A program made the position numbers and the translations under genes. Below, in pieces: positions 37,701-52,612 of a stretch of DNA of 64,000 nt. The DNA comes from Mytilus trossulus (taxonomy: Eukaryota). Location of the stretch: contig NC_086378.1 in the NCBI RefSeq assembly GCF_036588685.1, positions 85,126,001 through 85,190,000 of the forward strand, in the 5' to 3' direction. Numbering within the stretch: position 1 is the first letter of the stretch; each line of letters opens with the position of its first letter. The notes under the pieces were generated by a model, which saw only the letters and a program-made list of their open reading frames with translations, did no database searches and was not told the DNA's origin.

Positions 37701-39996
37701 ATCACCATACCTTTTCATATTATGTGCAGAGATTTTGGCAATAAAGGTTAGAGGTAATAAGAAAATACAGGGTATAGAAATTTGTCAAGTTGAACATAAA
37801 CTATCTCAGTTTGCAGATGACACTTCACTGATTTTAGATGGAAGTGAAGAATCTATGGAAGAAGCTTAATTAGAGCTAGATTGGTATGCGAAACTTTCTG
37901 GACTAAGGATAAATTTTACAAAAACTGAAGTAGATAGGAAGTAAAAAATACAGTAGAGAAATGTTATGCCAGAACAGAGACTTATCATGGGGGTCAACTT
38001 CTTTTAAGCTGTTCGGGATAAACTTTGATATTGATCTTGATAAAATTTTAAACTTAAATTATACTGATAGATATCTTCAGATAAAAAATTTGATAAATAC
38101 ATGGTTTTAAAGAAACTTAACAGTTATTGGTAAAATACCTGTGGTTAAAACTCTTATTCTTCCAATACTTAATCATCTCTTTTTAACATTACCAAACCCA
38201 AATGCTGAGATGATTAAGAAAATTAATGATGAGATTTATTATTTTTTATGGAACTCACCAGTTCATAGAGTTAAAAAAGAAGTGTTACACATGGATTATA
38301 AGAATGGTGGTTTAAAGATGATAAATATTCATCTATTTATGATAGCTTTAAAATGTACATGGATAAGAAAATTGTTCAGTTCTAACTGTAAATGGTTAAA
38401 TATTTTATTTACAAATATAGATAAAGAAAAATTGTTTAAACTAGGAAATAGTTACACAACAAATACTATTTCAAATGTCAAAAACAAATTTTGGATGGAT
38501 GTATTTAAAGCATGGCAATATTTTGTAGATAAAGATATAAATTCTACATGGAAATATTTTCTTGCTAGTCCATTTTGGATGAATAAGAATATAAATATCA
38601 ACAATAAACATGTATTTTATAGAAGTTGGTATGATAAAGGTATTGTTTTTGTAATTGATGTGATTAGTAATAGTGGAAAGTTTCTCTCCTATGGGGAAAT
38701 AAAAGACAAATTTGATATTTCTGGGAATATAATGATGTATAATAGTATCATTTCAGCATTAAATAAGACAAAGAAGCTGTATTCAAGGGGAGATAAAAAG
38801 CTCACATAACCTATTATTCCCTCTTTTGTTCAAAAGATTTTAAAAAGGAAAAAGGGAACTAAAGATATATATTGGATGTTAATACCTAAAATGATTCCTA
38901 ATGGGGAGAAAAAGTGGAATCAAATTTTGAAACTTAATGAATTGGAATGGAGAGAAATTTTCAAACTTCCTTTTGCAGTTACTAATAACACAAAATTACA
39001 AAATTACAATGGTTACAGTTAGAGTAAATCATAGAATATTAGCTACAAACAAATTTTTGTGTAAAATTAATGTCATAAATAGCCAGCTATGTAATTTTTG
39101 TAAGGAAGAAATAGAAACTATAGAACATGTACTATGGAATTGTGAAAATGTTCAGAATTTATTAGATGAAATAGATAAAATTATATGGTTTTTATCTAAT
39201 GGTATAAGTCTTTCATTCACCAAAAAGATTTTTTTGTTTGGTGATGTCTCACGTGTATACAAGGGTGAAATTTCAAACCTGATTTTTCTGTGTCTTAAAC
39301 AATATATTTATAATACAAGATATTTCCAGAAAGTTTTATCAATTCATGATGTGAAGAAAGTACTAAAAGATCTATATAATTTAGAGAAGTGTATAGCAGT
39401 AAGAAACAATAAACTTAAGAGTTTTAATAAATTGTGGATTCTATTTACTCATTTGTTTCGATTGTAATTAAAGTCCTATTATAATTCATATGTGAAAAAC
39501 ATGATAGAATGTTTATTTTTGAAGTTTCAAAAAAGTTACATCAAAAATATTCATCAGAACATTATATTTATTTTTCTTTTCTTTTTTTTTCTGTATTAAT
39601 TTTTTCTTTTTTTTCTGTATTAATTTTTTCTTTTTTTATCTTTATTTTAAATTTTAATTAATTTAACTTATTTTTCCTCAAATTTTCCATTCTTAAAAAA
39701 ACTAAAAAAACTTGAATATCTGCATGTTTGTTAAAATGATTATTCTAATATGATGAATACATGTATTTGTGGTCCTTATTTTTGAACTTTTATTAAGTTA
39801 TTTTTTTTTTATTGCAAACGAAAAATGTTGTATTATATTGTAACTACAGCTGATATATCTTTTTGTAAAATGAACTAACAAATACTAACACATATATATT
39901 TACATGATCTATTGCTAACATTAACGAGGCCGGGATAAGGTACCGATATTCGATGTTTTCATTACTTACCAATGTACAGATTTCAAAAAAAAATTA

Positions 39997-40024
<28 letters not shown>
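37701..40024 (+). mobile_element. 5'-truncated L1/Tx1-clade LINE with poly(A) tail and ~14-bp TSD
   Basis: SPYLFILCAEILA...QFADDTSLIL RT motif, zf-RVT-like CNFCKEEIETIEHVLWNC, poly(A) ~40002-40027, TSD AAAGCT(T/A)TTCGAAT at 37687-37700 and 40025-40038; empty site near 4738-4750. Confidence 0.92.
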
Positions 40025-40027
<3 letters not shown>

Positions 40028-40333
40028 GCTATTCGAATTAGAATTGCAAGGCTCCCACCGAAAGGGGCAGAGGGTTCGTGTGTTGGAACTCCTTTTTTTA
40101 ACGATGAATGCTTTTGAATGGGGACATACTATTGGAATCCCCTTTTAAAAATGGCTGGATCCGCCACTGGTTCATTATTATTTTGATCAAATATTTTTTT
40201 TTTACAGATCAAATCAGAAAATAAAAAAAGAAACAAGTAATTTAAGAAGTAAAGATTAAAAATGACTGAAACAGAACTTGTTCTTCCGGTACTGGATTAT
40301 CACAGAATTCATCAAAGAAACCAAAGTTATAGT

Positions 40334-42862
40334 TTATGATGACAACAATTGAAGAGAAGAATAATAACAGTATTGTATTCTGGTTGTCTCAATTTTCTTT
40401 GGATGACTGCCACCATCGGCACTGTAGTTATGAGTATCCTTGTCATCTGTTTTCACGAATTCCTCACGTGCGCTTATTCCACGCACGCGCTGACATAATG
40501 TTGATGTGTAATGGTACAGATAGAAGGGCTTACTTGTTGGTAATACTATGCTTCTGTAGGAAGGTCCATCAGATCTAGTAAACAGAGATGCAATGATGTG
40601 ATATTATTATAAATGTAGACTTTTTTTGTGTTGAAATGCATTAAGTCATTAAGTTGAAACAATGTCTGAACTTTTTTTTATAATTTCTTTTTTGATCAAC
40701 TGGAAGTAAACTTATGTTTCGTGGAGTCAGACATACGTTTTTAATTTGTATTTTTTCCGATCTTGTGAGTTAAGCCTTTTTCATTTTTTCAACTGATTTT
40801 ATAGTTCGTTCTTATGTTGTACTGTGAAACCACTGTCCCAGGCTAGGGAAAGGGTTGGAATCCGGCCAACATGTTTAACTCCGCCACATTCTGTATGTAT
40901 GTACCTGCCTTAAGTCGGAAGCCTGTAATTCAGTGGTTGTCGTTTGTTTGTTTGTTACATATTTGGTTTTTCGTACATAGATTAGGCCGTTAGTTTTCTC
41001 CTTTAATTTTTTGTAATAGTCATTTCAATGCCTTTTTTATAGCTGATTCAAGCGATATGGGCTTTGCTCATTGTTGGAGGCCGTACGGTGACCCATATTC
41101 GTTAATTCTGTGTCATTTTGGTCTCTTTTCTAATTGGCAGTAACACAACATCTTCTCTTTATCTTATTATAAAAAAAAGTCAAGGATAAAATTGAGAATG
41201 GAAATGGGGAATGTGTCAAAGAGACAACAACCCGACCAAATAAAAAACAACAGCAGAAGGTCACCAACAGGTCTTCAATGAAGCGAGAATTTCCCGCACC
41301 CGGAGGCGACCTTCAGCTGGCCCCTAAACAAATATATACTAGTTCAGTGATAATGAACGCCATACTAATTTCCAAATTGTACACAAGAAACTAATATAGA
41401 AATAATACAAGACTAACTAAGGCCAGAGGCTCCTGACTTGGGACAGGCGCAAAAATGCGGCGGGGTTAAACATGTTTGTGAGATCTCAACCCTCCCCATA
41501 TACCTCTAACCAATGTAGAAAAATAAACGCATAGCAATACGCACATTAAAATTCAGTTCAATAGAAGTCCGAGTCTGATGTCAGAAGACGTAACCAAAGA
41601 AAATAAACAAAATGACAATAATACATAAATAACAACAGACTACTAGCAGTTAACTGACATGCCAGCTCCAGACTTCAATTAAACTGACTGAAAGATTATG
41701 ATTTCATCTTGAGATGTGCACTGTCTGATAATTATCTACAAGAAAAGCGTACTTTTCTCCTTTTTTATGTGATTAACACCAATTATAAAGTACTAACATG
41801 AGGTCGGAAAATTACATAAAGATAAATTCTTATAAAGAAAGAATGTTTTGAATAATGATATACCTGCAACAGTAGTATATCCTTGTGTATCTATTATAGG
41901 TTCCATCTGGAAGAATTCCTTTCTTTGAGTTTGCATTATTGTGGTCTTCGTCATCCCAATATATAATGCCAGTTCTGAATCCTTAAAAAGAGATTTTTTT
42001 TATCTGTTATTATTACATTTACAATATTAAAGAATTTTCGACAGTCACGTGTTAACACTTATTATCTGTTTTATTACGCTTTGACACGAACTTTCTGATT
42101 CTACAAGTATTTTTGGGTTAAACATATTTTATTTCGGTACACCGCTTCATTAAATCAAAAATGAAATGCGAAATGTTTAAAACCATTGCAAGCCCTGTGA
42201 CAACTGCTGGGATATTACTTTTAAGGAAATTGTATCAATCAATTTCTGTTTTTTTTAAGCATTTTCATTTATGCCATGTCACATACGATTCATTGATATG
42301 GTCATATTTATCAAGAATTTTAATAGTCTACCCATACAAACAATTACATTTAGGTAATGAAATAAAATTTCAGCTCAACAGCCAGTTCATCAGTTTTGAC
42401 ATGATTTATATTTTTATGATTTTAAGGTGAAACTCTATAGAAATATTGAATCTTAAATCTTCATAATAATCCTATCTAAAATTGTCCGTTGATAAATTTT
42501 GAAATTATAAAGTAACTTAGGTTTCATTTCCCTCAGGAAAAGCAGGTCTTAGATGGATTTGGCTATTTATTAGGGTCTTTTCGGTCATATAGCTCTGCCA
42601 TTGTTGTGGTTCTTATCAATCATTGGATTCAAATATTTTTTTTTAGCCTTGCCGATGAAAGTTAACCAGAAAAGCGCTTCAGACGCATGCAACTATAAAA
42701 CTTTTGGTTTTATTAATTTTCCGAAAGCCAATAAAACTACAGACTTACCTGAAGGACAGGAACCTCCTTTCCTGGCAGTACAATAATTTCCACGTGGCCA
42801 GGATCCTGATCCACCATATGTTGTTTTGGTACAGTACAGCTTTGTGTTTCTGCCGAAAATAC
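40334..42862 (-). pseudogene. ApeC copy 4, 5'-truncated pseudogene (only exons B, C, D remain)
   Basis: Exons 42749-42862 (Cys codon deleted, KL-YC), 41864-41981 and 40334-40574 (TDDKD; original stop lost by a 5-bp deletion, extended by SLQLLSS*). No signal or exon-A copy was found upstream: intron homology stops near 43075 and upstream-flank homology resumes near 45128. Confidence 0.8.
41185..41710 (-). repeat. Abundant dispersed repeat family 2 (other copies at ~25408-25720, 34770-35095, 57785-58170, 61480-61915)
   Basis: Shared core GGTTGAGATCTCACAAACATGTTTAACCCCGCCGCA...CCTGTCCCAAGTCAGGAGCC. Confidence 0.8.
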
Positions 42863-43413
42863 CTGGTGGTATATAACAGTAAGTCGAATATGCATATATA
42901 TCACATTATTTTAAAATCATCTTGACAGTTTCGAGTATATATAGAAAAAACTTTCTTTCGAGTCATATCTCGGTCTAACTTTGTTATTGAAATATCGTCG
43001 TGTTAATTTGCCATGATTGTTTTTTATCAAACCATGTACAAAGTGATCGGTTCAAGAATGATTCCAATTTATGTATATGCTCTCATCATAGCTACCAGGA
43101 TTAAATTTTGTTTTTACGCGCGTTTCGTCTACAAAAGACAACTCTCCACAAGAGACCAATATGACACAGATATTAACAACTATAGGTTACCGTACGACCT
43201 TCAACAACGAGCAAAGCCCATACCGAATACTGAGCTTTAAAAGGCCCCGAACTGACAATGTATTTAACAATTCAAACCATAAAACTAGCGGCCTAAATTA
43301 TGTACAAAAAAATGAACGAAAAACAAATATGTAACACTTAGACAAACAACAACCACTGAATTACAGGCTCCTTACTTGAATGTTCATAACATACTAAATG
43401 TATGTTCTCATTG

Positions 43414-44722
43414 CGAAGCAAGACATCTCGGCACATTACAAACTCGGGACATGTTAACTCGGCATACTGTAAACTCGGCACATTACAAACTCGGCATATT
43501 ACAAACTCGGTACATTCATAATAAAAATGTATCAGATTTATTATTGTGCCAATAAAGACTAATCACTGCAGCCAATACAAAGAATGACATTTTTATTTGT
43601 CGTTAACTTTTCATTTAGTGTCTGTATGGTATTTATAGAGAGATTTTGTGTACATAATCTGTTTATATATATGTAATTACTCAATGGAAAATACTTCATT
43701 GATAATAAACGTTCTTGTCAGTTGATTGTGCTGCTTTTTATCAATCATTTAAAAAAGGACTACACATAGTTTTACTACATGTTACTCCAATTAAAATACA
43801 CTGATGACACAATAAAAATAAGAGATGCATGGTATCAACCAGTAAGGAAGAAACCTAACAAAAAAGACTGATTGATAAATATAAGATATGGTTTGATTGT
43901 CAATGAGACAACTCTCCATTGCAAAGATAGGTTCTTATTGAAAACTATCATATTTGATGAAACTACTAATCTATTGCGATGGTGATACTAGAAATAAATC
44001 ACTGAACTTGATATATTTAAACGAAATCATTCGAATATGGAAAACTCCTCAAATCTCAAACACTTTTAAATCTTTCTATTTGCAACTATATCACCCGAAA
44101 GACATGTAGAAACGGCCAACCGTTTTCCTTCCTTAACATAATGATGTGTCGTCATTTTTTATAACTATCTATCAGTTATAGAAGAGGGACGAAATATTCC
44201 AGAGGGACAGTCTAGATAAGCAAAAAACGAGGGCAACACTTTTGCCTAGGTAACTGCATCACCTTAAATACACATAGCATATATCAATGACCAGGAAAAA
44301 ATGAATGTAGGACAGAAAGTCAAAGAACAAAAAAAGTCACAGGAAAAAAATTACAATTAATTTGGAGACATTTGTTTGAATATATAACAGAAAGATCTTG
44401 CAATGTTTTCTTTTTAATACAAAACACATTTTTTTTTATATCAAGTGACACTGTTTTCTTATTTATGTCACAAAACTATATATAACTTGTGACTTTTTGT
44501 CCTATAGTTTGTTCCATTTCTCAACTATTTAAAAAAATAATGTTATCTTTTTCTCATCGTAATTATTATATAAAATTTCTTTTTATGAACCATTGCCATA
44601 AATATATTCATTGGTGTGCCGAGTTTGTATAGGTAATGTGCCGAGTTTGTATAGGCCGAGTTTGTACTATGCCGAGTTAATACATGTCCCGAGTTTGTAG
44701 TGTGCCGAGATGTCCTGTATTC
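43414..44722. mobile_element. Non-autonomous Mutator/MULE-like element with long repeat-rich TIRs and 9-bp TSD
   Basis: TTCTCATTG at 43405-43413 and 44723-44731; ~100-bp TIRs built of AAACTCGGCA subrepeats. Confidence 0.85.
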
Positions 44723-46399
44723 TTCTCATTGAAATTGATAGAAAACAAAAAAATGGGAACATTGGAAATAAAGGAAGAGGGGTAAAAAAAAAGCATTTTC
44801 CTGTCCCCAATAAGAGGAGGGATATGACCTTCATCGGGACTCCGGGATCGGGTGTTTTTAAACTACGAATTTCTGGATTGCCCCTTTCGGGATCCAATAA
44901 TTCCTTTTTTTTTAATTTCGGGACCTCGGGATTTCGTTTTTTTTAAGCCTGGGATTTCGGGATTTCATGTTTTAAAGCCCGGGATTTCGGGATCAGGATC
45001 CCTCCTATCCCGGCCCCTCCAATAACCTTTTTTCCAGTCCTTTAAAATTTTACAAAATTCTTCCAACAACAAATTACATACTTTAAACTACGCTCTGCAT
45101 GCCCGCGATTTCGCGGGTGTGTTCTAGTTTTCTTGATTATGCATCATTGTGTTTTGTTTTAAAAGTTTTGTTCATAATACCTGTGTTGTAGTTGTTATGC
45201 TATCTAAAAAACTTAACTTATTTACGTAATATCTTTTCTTTTCTTTTCTTTTGGGAAATTGGTATAATAGTTGTCCTTAGTGATTATATATTTTTTACTT
45301 ATTTATGCTTCAAGCATTTATCATCAAAATAATGTTATTTGGGTATACTTTGTATTAAAATCAGGCATTTGGAGAAAGGACTTTTATTTGGTTTTATTAT
45401 ATATTCATTTTTAAATTATGCTTTATATTTTTATTCAATGGTTTTTGCTATTTACCTGATCACAAACTTATCAACTATTTTTTTATTCAAACGTGACTGC
45501 TGGGTCTTTAGACTGGCGCAAATTCAAAATAATTATCTCAGGGTAATCAAGTTCAAGTCATTTGATAGATGCTCTACTTGTTATGTAAAAGGTTTGAAGA
45601 AGCAAAAAAAAAGGAACAAGAGTCATTTGCTTGCACACATTCGCATATTTGAAAAAAATAGTTAAGTGATTTTTATTCTAAAGTAAGGGTTTTTCCTCTC
45701 AATGTTGAACACGAAACAAGCTGTTTATTATTTCCGTTATTGTACATCTTTATCGTCAATAAGTTTGTTGTCATTTAATTTTATAACATGTATATTATAC
45801 AAAAAATTATGCTTCTAATTGGATGTGACTGCAACCGCAAAACAAGAATAACTTAAAGACACCTAGAGGACAACAGATAATCTAAACAATTATTTTATGA
45901 ATACAAACTGTATATGCCAATTTCTATTGTCTATTTTGTTTTTGCATAAGCTTTATATGTATTATGTCTTCCGAGTATTTCAATTTTTTTCTTTACAGGA
46001 TATTTAAAGTAGGCGAATGCAATATATCCTTTTTAGGTAACTTTAGATGTTGAAGTTAAGGGAAAGTAGTGATATTTTAAGGTTGATAAGTTCAAAATAT
46101 AGTATGTCTGAAGAGATGTCATACTTAATTATAGATTTCTTTAACAGGAATCGTCCATAGTTTTAATAAGAGATTGTACACATCTTTTTGAGATAAAGCA
46201 GGAGCGATTTCTTTAAATTAAATTAAATATTACCTTGGAACAATATAACAGGATTTAAGAAACGTTTAAATAAAAACCTCATTACCTCACTTAGAACATC
46301 CAAGGGCTAAGATAAACTGCTCCATAATATAAAATTTAGTACATCACAATTGTGATAAAGGATTCAATTGCTCTGCAGTTAGATTTTCAACAAAAACAG

Positions 46400-46812
46400 A
46401 CGTGGATATCAACAAACATTCCGACCCGTGGTATGCCAGAAAATGACAAACCTGTTTATGATTATCTTCAGATATTACTATTCGGTCATCATTGTTTCCC
46501 TATCCTTTTCATTTGGCATTACTTGAAAACCCGAAAGCCTTAGATATCTTGAAACATGAACAAAACCAAAATGCAGTATTCAATATGTAGGGTAAACTGA
46601 ACGTAATGTGTCAAACAAACGAACACAACAACATCTATACCGCTTCCGCAGATCTTAAAATTTCCAAATTTTAGTTAAACGATCTTATACCCATGGGCAC
46701 TAATTGTGCCCCTTTAATAGCAGACTTGTTTTTGTACTGTTACAAATCACAGTTTATGACTAAACTCAGTAAAGACCCGTCGAAATTGCATGTAATTGAT
46801 AAATTCAACAAC
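46400..46812 (+). mobile_element. Penelope-like retroelement RT fragment
   Basis: IPMGTNCAPLIADLFLYCY RT motif near 46687; related degenerate sequence at ~27090-27480. Confidence 0.65.
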
Positions 46813-48529
46813 ATTTTTAAATTATGCTTTATATTTTTATTCAATGGTTTTTGCTATTAAACTGATCACAAACTTATCAACTATTTTTTTATTCAAACGT
46901 GACTGTTGGGTCTTTTGTAGACTGGCGCAAATTCAAAATAATTATCTCAGGGTAATCAAGTTCAAGTCATTTGATAGATACTCTGCTTGTTATGTAAAAG
47001 GTTTGAAGAAGCAAAAAACAAAAAAAGTTAAAAAGTTTTTCAAAGAGTATCTGAAATATATAGTTAATAAATATAGTTAACCAAATATGCAGCCATAAAA
47101 AAAATCGTTTCAGTTTTCAAGGATTCGACGTGTCACTGAGTTTTCTTAAAATGAATTCAAACTTTCTCAATACAAGATACCTTTTTATATAATATAGTTA
47201 TTGGAGTTTGATAACTTACTCAATTAGTGCAAGCGTGTTGTAGAACAAAATCCTAAAATTGAGACATGACCGTTATGGTATCTATAATGAGTTTATTTTC
47301 ATACCAAATGAAACGTTGAAAACATTATAGCAAATTAAAATATAGTTACCAAATATTACCAAAATACATTTCCATGATATTTCCTTACAACTACCTACAT
47401 TTTGACAAAAACATAAGACCCTGCTCCTTGCAAACACGTGCTGCCTGGCATGTTTTCCCACTTACATGAACAAATTAGATCTTGTAGAAAGTCCAATGGC
47501 ATTTGTCCCTCAAAGAAAACTGGCTCTAACTTGTCATTTTGCGCAGTTTTCCAACAAAGGCACATGGGGAGCCATTATTTCGGTTGGCTAGATTTGCCGA
47601 CAACCAAACTTTGCTTTGCCACATTGTACGTAGTACGTGTTGCTTAAATACGAATTCACATGCCGAAAGCTTTTCGTTTGAATTGTTTTACATTGTCTTA
47701 TCGGGGCCTTGTATAGCTGACTGCGGTATGGCCATTTGGGCTTTGCTCATTGTTGAAGGCCGTAAGGTGACCTATAGTTGTTAATGTCTGTGTCAGTTTG
47801 GTCTTTTGTGGACAGTTGTCTCATTTGCAATCATACCACATCTTCTTTTTTATATTATAAGACTTTTATCTTTATTTATAGCCAAGTGATGTCTCCGCAA
47901 ATTTAAATCGTTGTGATAATTCTTAAATTTGTATTTCGAGTCGTATAAAGCAGCTTCAAGCACTCTAGCAGCAACTACAGCACTATCAACATCATGCATT
48001 AAGGCTACAAGATTACCGAAACGGCTTGGTTTTGTCCTAAAGAGGTTGAATACCGACTTTTAATACATTCCAAAAAAAAACTTGAAGTGGAGTCACAACC
48101 ACCAGAGCATGAATGACCGGCATAATCAGACTTTAAATGGAGTAATTATGTTATTACAATTTGACACCAGGCACTCTGCGAGAGTAACACATTTTCTCAA
48201 AATATCATGCGAAATATTCATTGATACTGAAAAAAAAGGTTTCAAAAGACTTTGTCAAGAGACAAGTAACAAAACTTATCAAACAGGTTGACAACATTGC
48301 TTCTGATATATCCAACGATATGCATTTGTACTTGGTTATTTGCACGATAATAATCCCTAGATATATAAACATTTTCCATATTTTGTAATAAAATATTCCA
48401 AAATTTCCTTTTCAGCTGATACTGATTTTTAATTCTGCTTACTTGTGTAGCTTTTATAACATAACCTATGACATCTTAATACGGGTAATGGAATTGCTGT
48501 TTCATTGCAGAATTCGTTCAAATAACTGA

Positions 48530-49990
48530 ACAAATAATCAATCTATGACAAACGAGACGATTTTAATTTTGAAATTATCAATTTCCCCCACCTTAGTAGT
48601 AATATACCAACTTCACCTGCATATGGAATATACATTTCCCAACTTATTAGGTATTCAAGAGCTTGCAGCTCCTATTCAGACTTTGTAAAACGTCACCAGT
48701 GTCTGAGCAGAAAGTTGATGAACCAGGGGTATGTCAAAGAACGTCTCGTCCTTTTTCTAAAAAAGTTCATCGGAAGATACCAAGAACTTGTTGATAAATA
48801 TTCCGTATCAACTTCACAAATAATACAAGATGGTCTTGAAGGATAGATTTTGCGTACTGACGTTTGTTATCATCTTAATTACGTATTATAGAATTCTTTT
48901 ATAAGTCTTTTTTAGATAATCATTTGAAGTGACTCAGTGGTTATGTAAAACCACATACTTTGAACGGCAAAATTATTTCATTGATTGATATTACTTTTAC
49001 TTAAGGATCTTGAATACTATGAATGACAAAAGTATTTTATTCAATAACACTACTTTTTCTGTTTAGTCTGTTTTTCATGATATACATTTGACGTGAAACT
49101 GTACTTATGTGTCCCGTCATACTTTGAACCACACCATTATTTTATTTATTATTATTACTTTTACTGTTAAGTCTGGTTTTTGGTATATCTACTTTACGTG
49201 AGTCTGTATTTATGTATGCCGACATACGACAAAATTATTTTTATGTCTACCTGTGCGAATTTCAAACGCGCTATTTTACACCAGTAATGATAACCTTCTA
49301 TCATTTATGGGTAGACTTTACATAGATAAATTCAGCCGTATTTGACGTGAAACTGTTCTTATGTATCCCGTCATACTTTGAACCACACCATTATTTTATT
49401 TATTATTATTACTTTTACTGTTAAGTCTGTTTTTGTTATATCAACTTTACGTAAGTCTTCATTTATGTATGCCGTCATACGACAAAATTATTTTTATGTC
49501 TACCTGTGCGAATTTCAAACGCGCATTTTTAAACCAGTAATGAAACCTTCTATCATTATGGGTAGACTTTACATAGATAAATTCAGCCGTTTAAGAAAAG
49601 CAAAATGAGAATGTTAAATTAATGTATGCCTTTTTGTGCTTCTTTGTTACATTTGTTGTTTATGTAGAGATATTAAGATGATAACACAATATTGACTGTT
49701 GTACCCCTATTTTTGACATTTTTACTCTTTGAGTATGTTTGTTTTGTTCATGCATCGTTGACAATTTAATGGAATTTGATGCGACTGTCATATAAGTGAG
49801 AGGTTTAGCTAGCTATAAAACCAGGTTCAATCCACCATTTTCTACATTAGAAAATGCCTGTACCAAGTCAGGAATATGACAGTTGTTACCCATTCGTTTG
49901 ATGTGTTTGGACTTTTGATTTTGCCTTTTGATTTTTGATTTTCCTTTTTGAATTTTCCTCGGAGTTCGGTATTTTTGTGTTTTTACTTTT
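48530..49990 (+). mobile_element. Penelope-like retroelement 3' fragment with an internal ~255-bp tandem duplication (49085-49590)
   Basis: IYDKRDDFNFEIINFPHLSSNIPTSPAYGIYISQLIRYSRACSS from 48541 to a stop at 48846; duplicated downstream block. Confidence 0.7.
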
Positions 49991-52612
49991 CATCACGTCT
50001 CTTTGCTGTAGCAGTAATCAGACTTTTTCTTCCAGATTCTGTTGATGTTATTAATATTTCATCAACAACAGAATATGCATTTGTCAACACAAACTTCCAC
50101 TTTCCTTTTTGTTTTGGCATCTACGATCTAGCGGGACCAGTTTTAGCGAGATAGTTAAATTGTCCATGTGATCGAATAAAAAACAAATCAAACACACCTG
50201 AAAACCAAACGAACCCTAAAATGAAATTCACTTTCCCAGTGCAATTCAACAAAAAAGAGTATACAACAATATCAAACAACATAAATTAATCACAAGGCTT
50301 TGGAAATTTTAAAATGAACAAGAAATATGCTTGAAAATGACTACAAATGACCTTCGCTAAATTGCTGAATGTGGGAAAATACTAGAAACCACAACAATGT
50401 CGGTAAATCTGTGACAAATATTCGGACTTGAAATCTGGATAAAAAGCAGATATTTAGCCAAATATTTATATTATTAGGAATTAATTTCAAAAAGTAAATC
50501 GGGTCGATTGAAGTATTATACGGCTTCACGGTTGTGCCTTTAAAATACACCTATACTGCACGTGCAAATAATGCTAGATGAAAAACTACGATTTTTACAG
50601 TGTTATTTTAAACCATTTTCAGATGCATTAAGCATTAAATTTAGGACTATTTGGAAATGCCCTTACATTGTATGAAGTTCACGAATAACTGTATTTACTA
50701 ATTTCATTCACAAATTATTTTTTAGAACGGGTTTGTTGTGAAATTTGACTACCGAATCAGCAGTGGGGTATTCGATGCAAGTTGGGTAACGTCAGTCAAG
50801 GCTATTTTTAACGTCATTTGTACCACATTTGATATTGACGACAAATATTTATCTAAAGCTGAATAATCGATAAACAATTTAAGACCTTAAAATTCCATGA
50901 GGTATTTAGGTAATTTAAAATCGTTAACTAAGCGACTTTTTCAACATTCGCCGCTCCACTAATGGTGAACTGGATTATTTGAAACAATGGAACAATTTAC
51001 TGTTTGTGATATTTAGACATTTCATTTACTAAACTGTACTAAAGGTAGGTCTGAGATTATTTCTTGTATTGATGTTCAGTTTCATACATTTGTATTGGTG
51101 CTCTAATACTTCAATACTTTGTTATATTTTCAATAGTATGTCTAAGGTGAAGAAAAAAACCTATTTAATGCCTCGTGGTTTGCACAGCAAATACCAATTT
51201 TTAGTTCCTTAAAGGACAAACATAAGTTTCCTTAATAAGAAAGTATATATTTACATAATTGAGGTCAGAGTATGACAGTTCTTGTCCATTCGTTTTTAAT
51301 TCGTTTTGTTATTTTATTTTGCCATGCGATTATAAACTTTTCGAATTGATTTTCCTCTAAGTTAAGTATTTTTGTGAATATACTTGTTACATAATTGAGT
51401 TAAATATCTGGGTTTTTTTTTTATTGATGTTGCATCTTTAGAAGTGTGAATTGTTCATGTAAGTGGCATAACGAGGAGTTATCAAAAGACCCATAAATAC
51501 TTTTCTGTTTTTATTTATCCTTTCCTCGCAAATATTCGTTTTTGAACATCCCTGGCAAATGGCAATCCAGAAAGCACTTAAGGTAGATTGGGTGTCTAAA
51601 TTATAATCAATATAATGTCTTTATAATTTGCCAAAATTTAGTTTATATCCTGCTTTAAAAAGAATGGGTCACCGGACTTATTTTCACGCGACAGGTTGTG
51701 TAAAAATTGCCAGAATTTGTATAGATTTTCGGTCATAAAATGAAAACTACACCATATAATTTTGAGATATAATATGAGAAGATAGCTCCAATTTTATTCT
51801 TTCAGTTAGGAAGAAGAAAAAATGGGGTCACCGGACGCGTTTTCTTGCTACATAATACAATGGGTTCATTCCTAAACACTATCTGAATTATCTGTCCTTG
51901 CATTAGATTTGTCTAACCTTATTTGGCAAAGTTGGAAAAACCTGATCCAAACAAAAATATATGTTTTTTTGTAAAATACAATCACAAATATGTTAAAACA
52001 TGGCGTTTTCTATATTATAAAGAAAAATCTTACACATGAATTACCCACTTATCTCAAAATTTGCATATTTGATAAAAAATCAGTGTTTTTCTATATTTTA
52101 ATTTAGTTTCACAAGATATATAAATAAAAGAGATACGAAAGATACCAGAGGGATTTTAAAGCCCATAAGTCGAAATAAGAGCAACATACAAAAGTACAAA
52201 AAAAATTTTGCACAACTAAATAGTTTTCAAAGGTACCAGGATTAAAATTTGTACGCCAGACGCGCGTTTCGTCTACATAAGACTCATCAGTGACGCTTAT
52301 ATTAAAATATTTATAAAGCCAAACAAGTACAAAGTTGAAGAGCATTGAGGATTCAAATTTTAAAAAGTTTTGCCAAATATGGCTAAGGTAATCTATGCCT
52401 GGGAGAAGAAAATCCTTAGTTTTTCGTAGAATTCAAAGTTTTGTAAACAGGAAATTTATAAAAATGTATAAAATACACCAAACTATAGTCCTCTTGATTT
52501 TCTTTTCACCTTTCGCGATATAGAGTTCAATTGGAAATACCAGAATTTATGTCGCGACAAATGTTTTTTACTTAGATATTTGCCTTCTTTGCTGTGTAAT
52601 TCCTTAAGTTAT

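Noticed and set aside
38141-39467. 222-aa and 176-aa ORFs as host genes
   Set aside because: Pieces of a broken LINE ORF2 bounded by a TSD and poly(A) tail.
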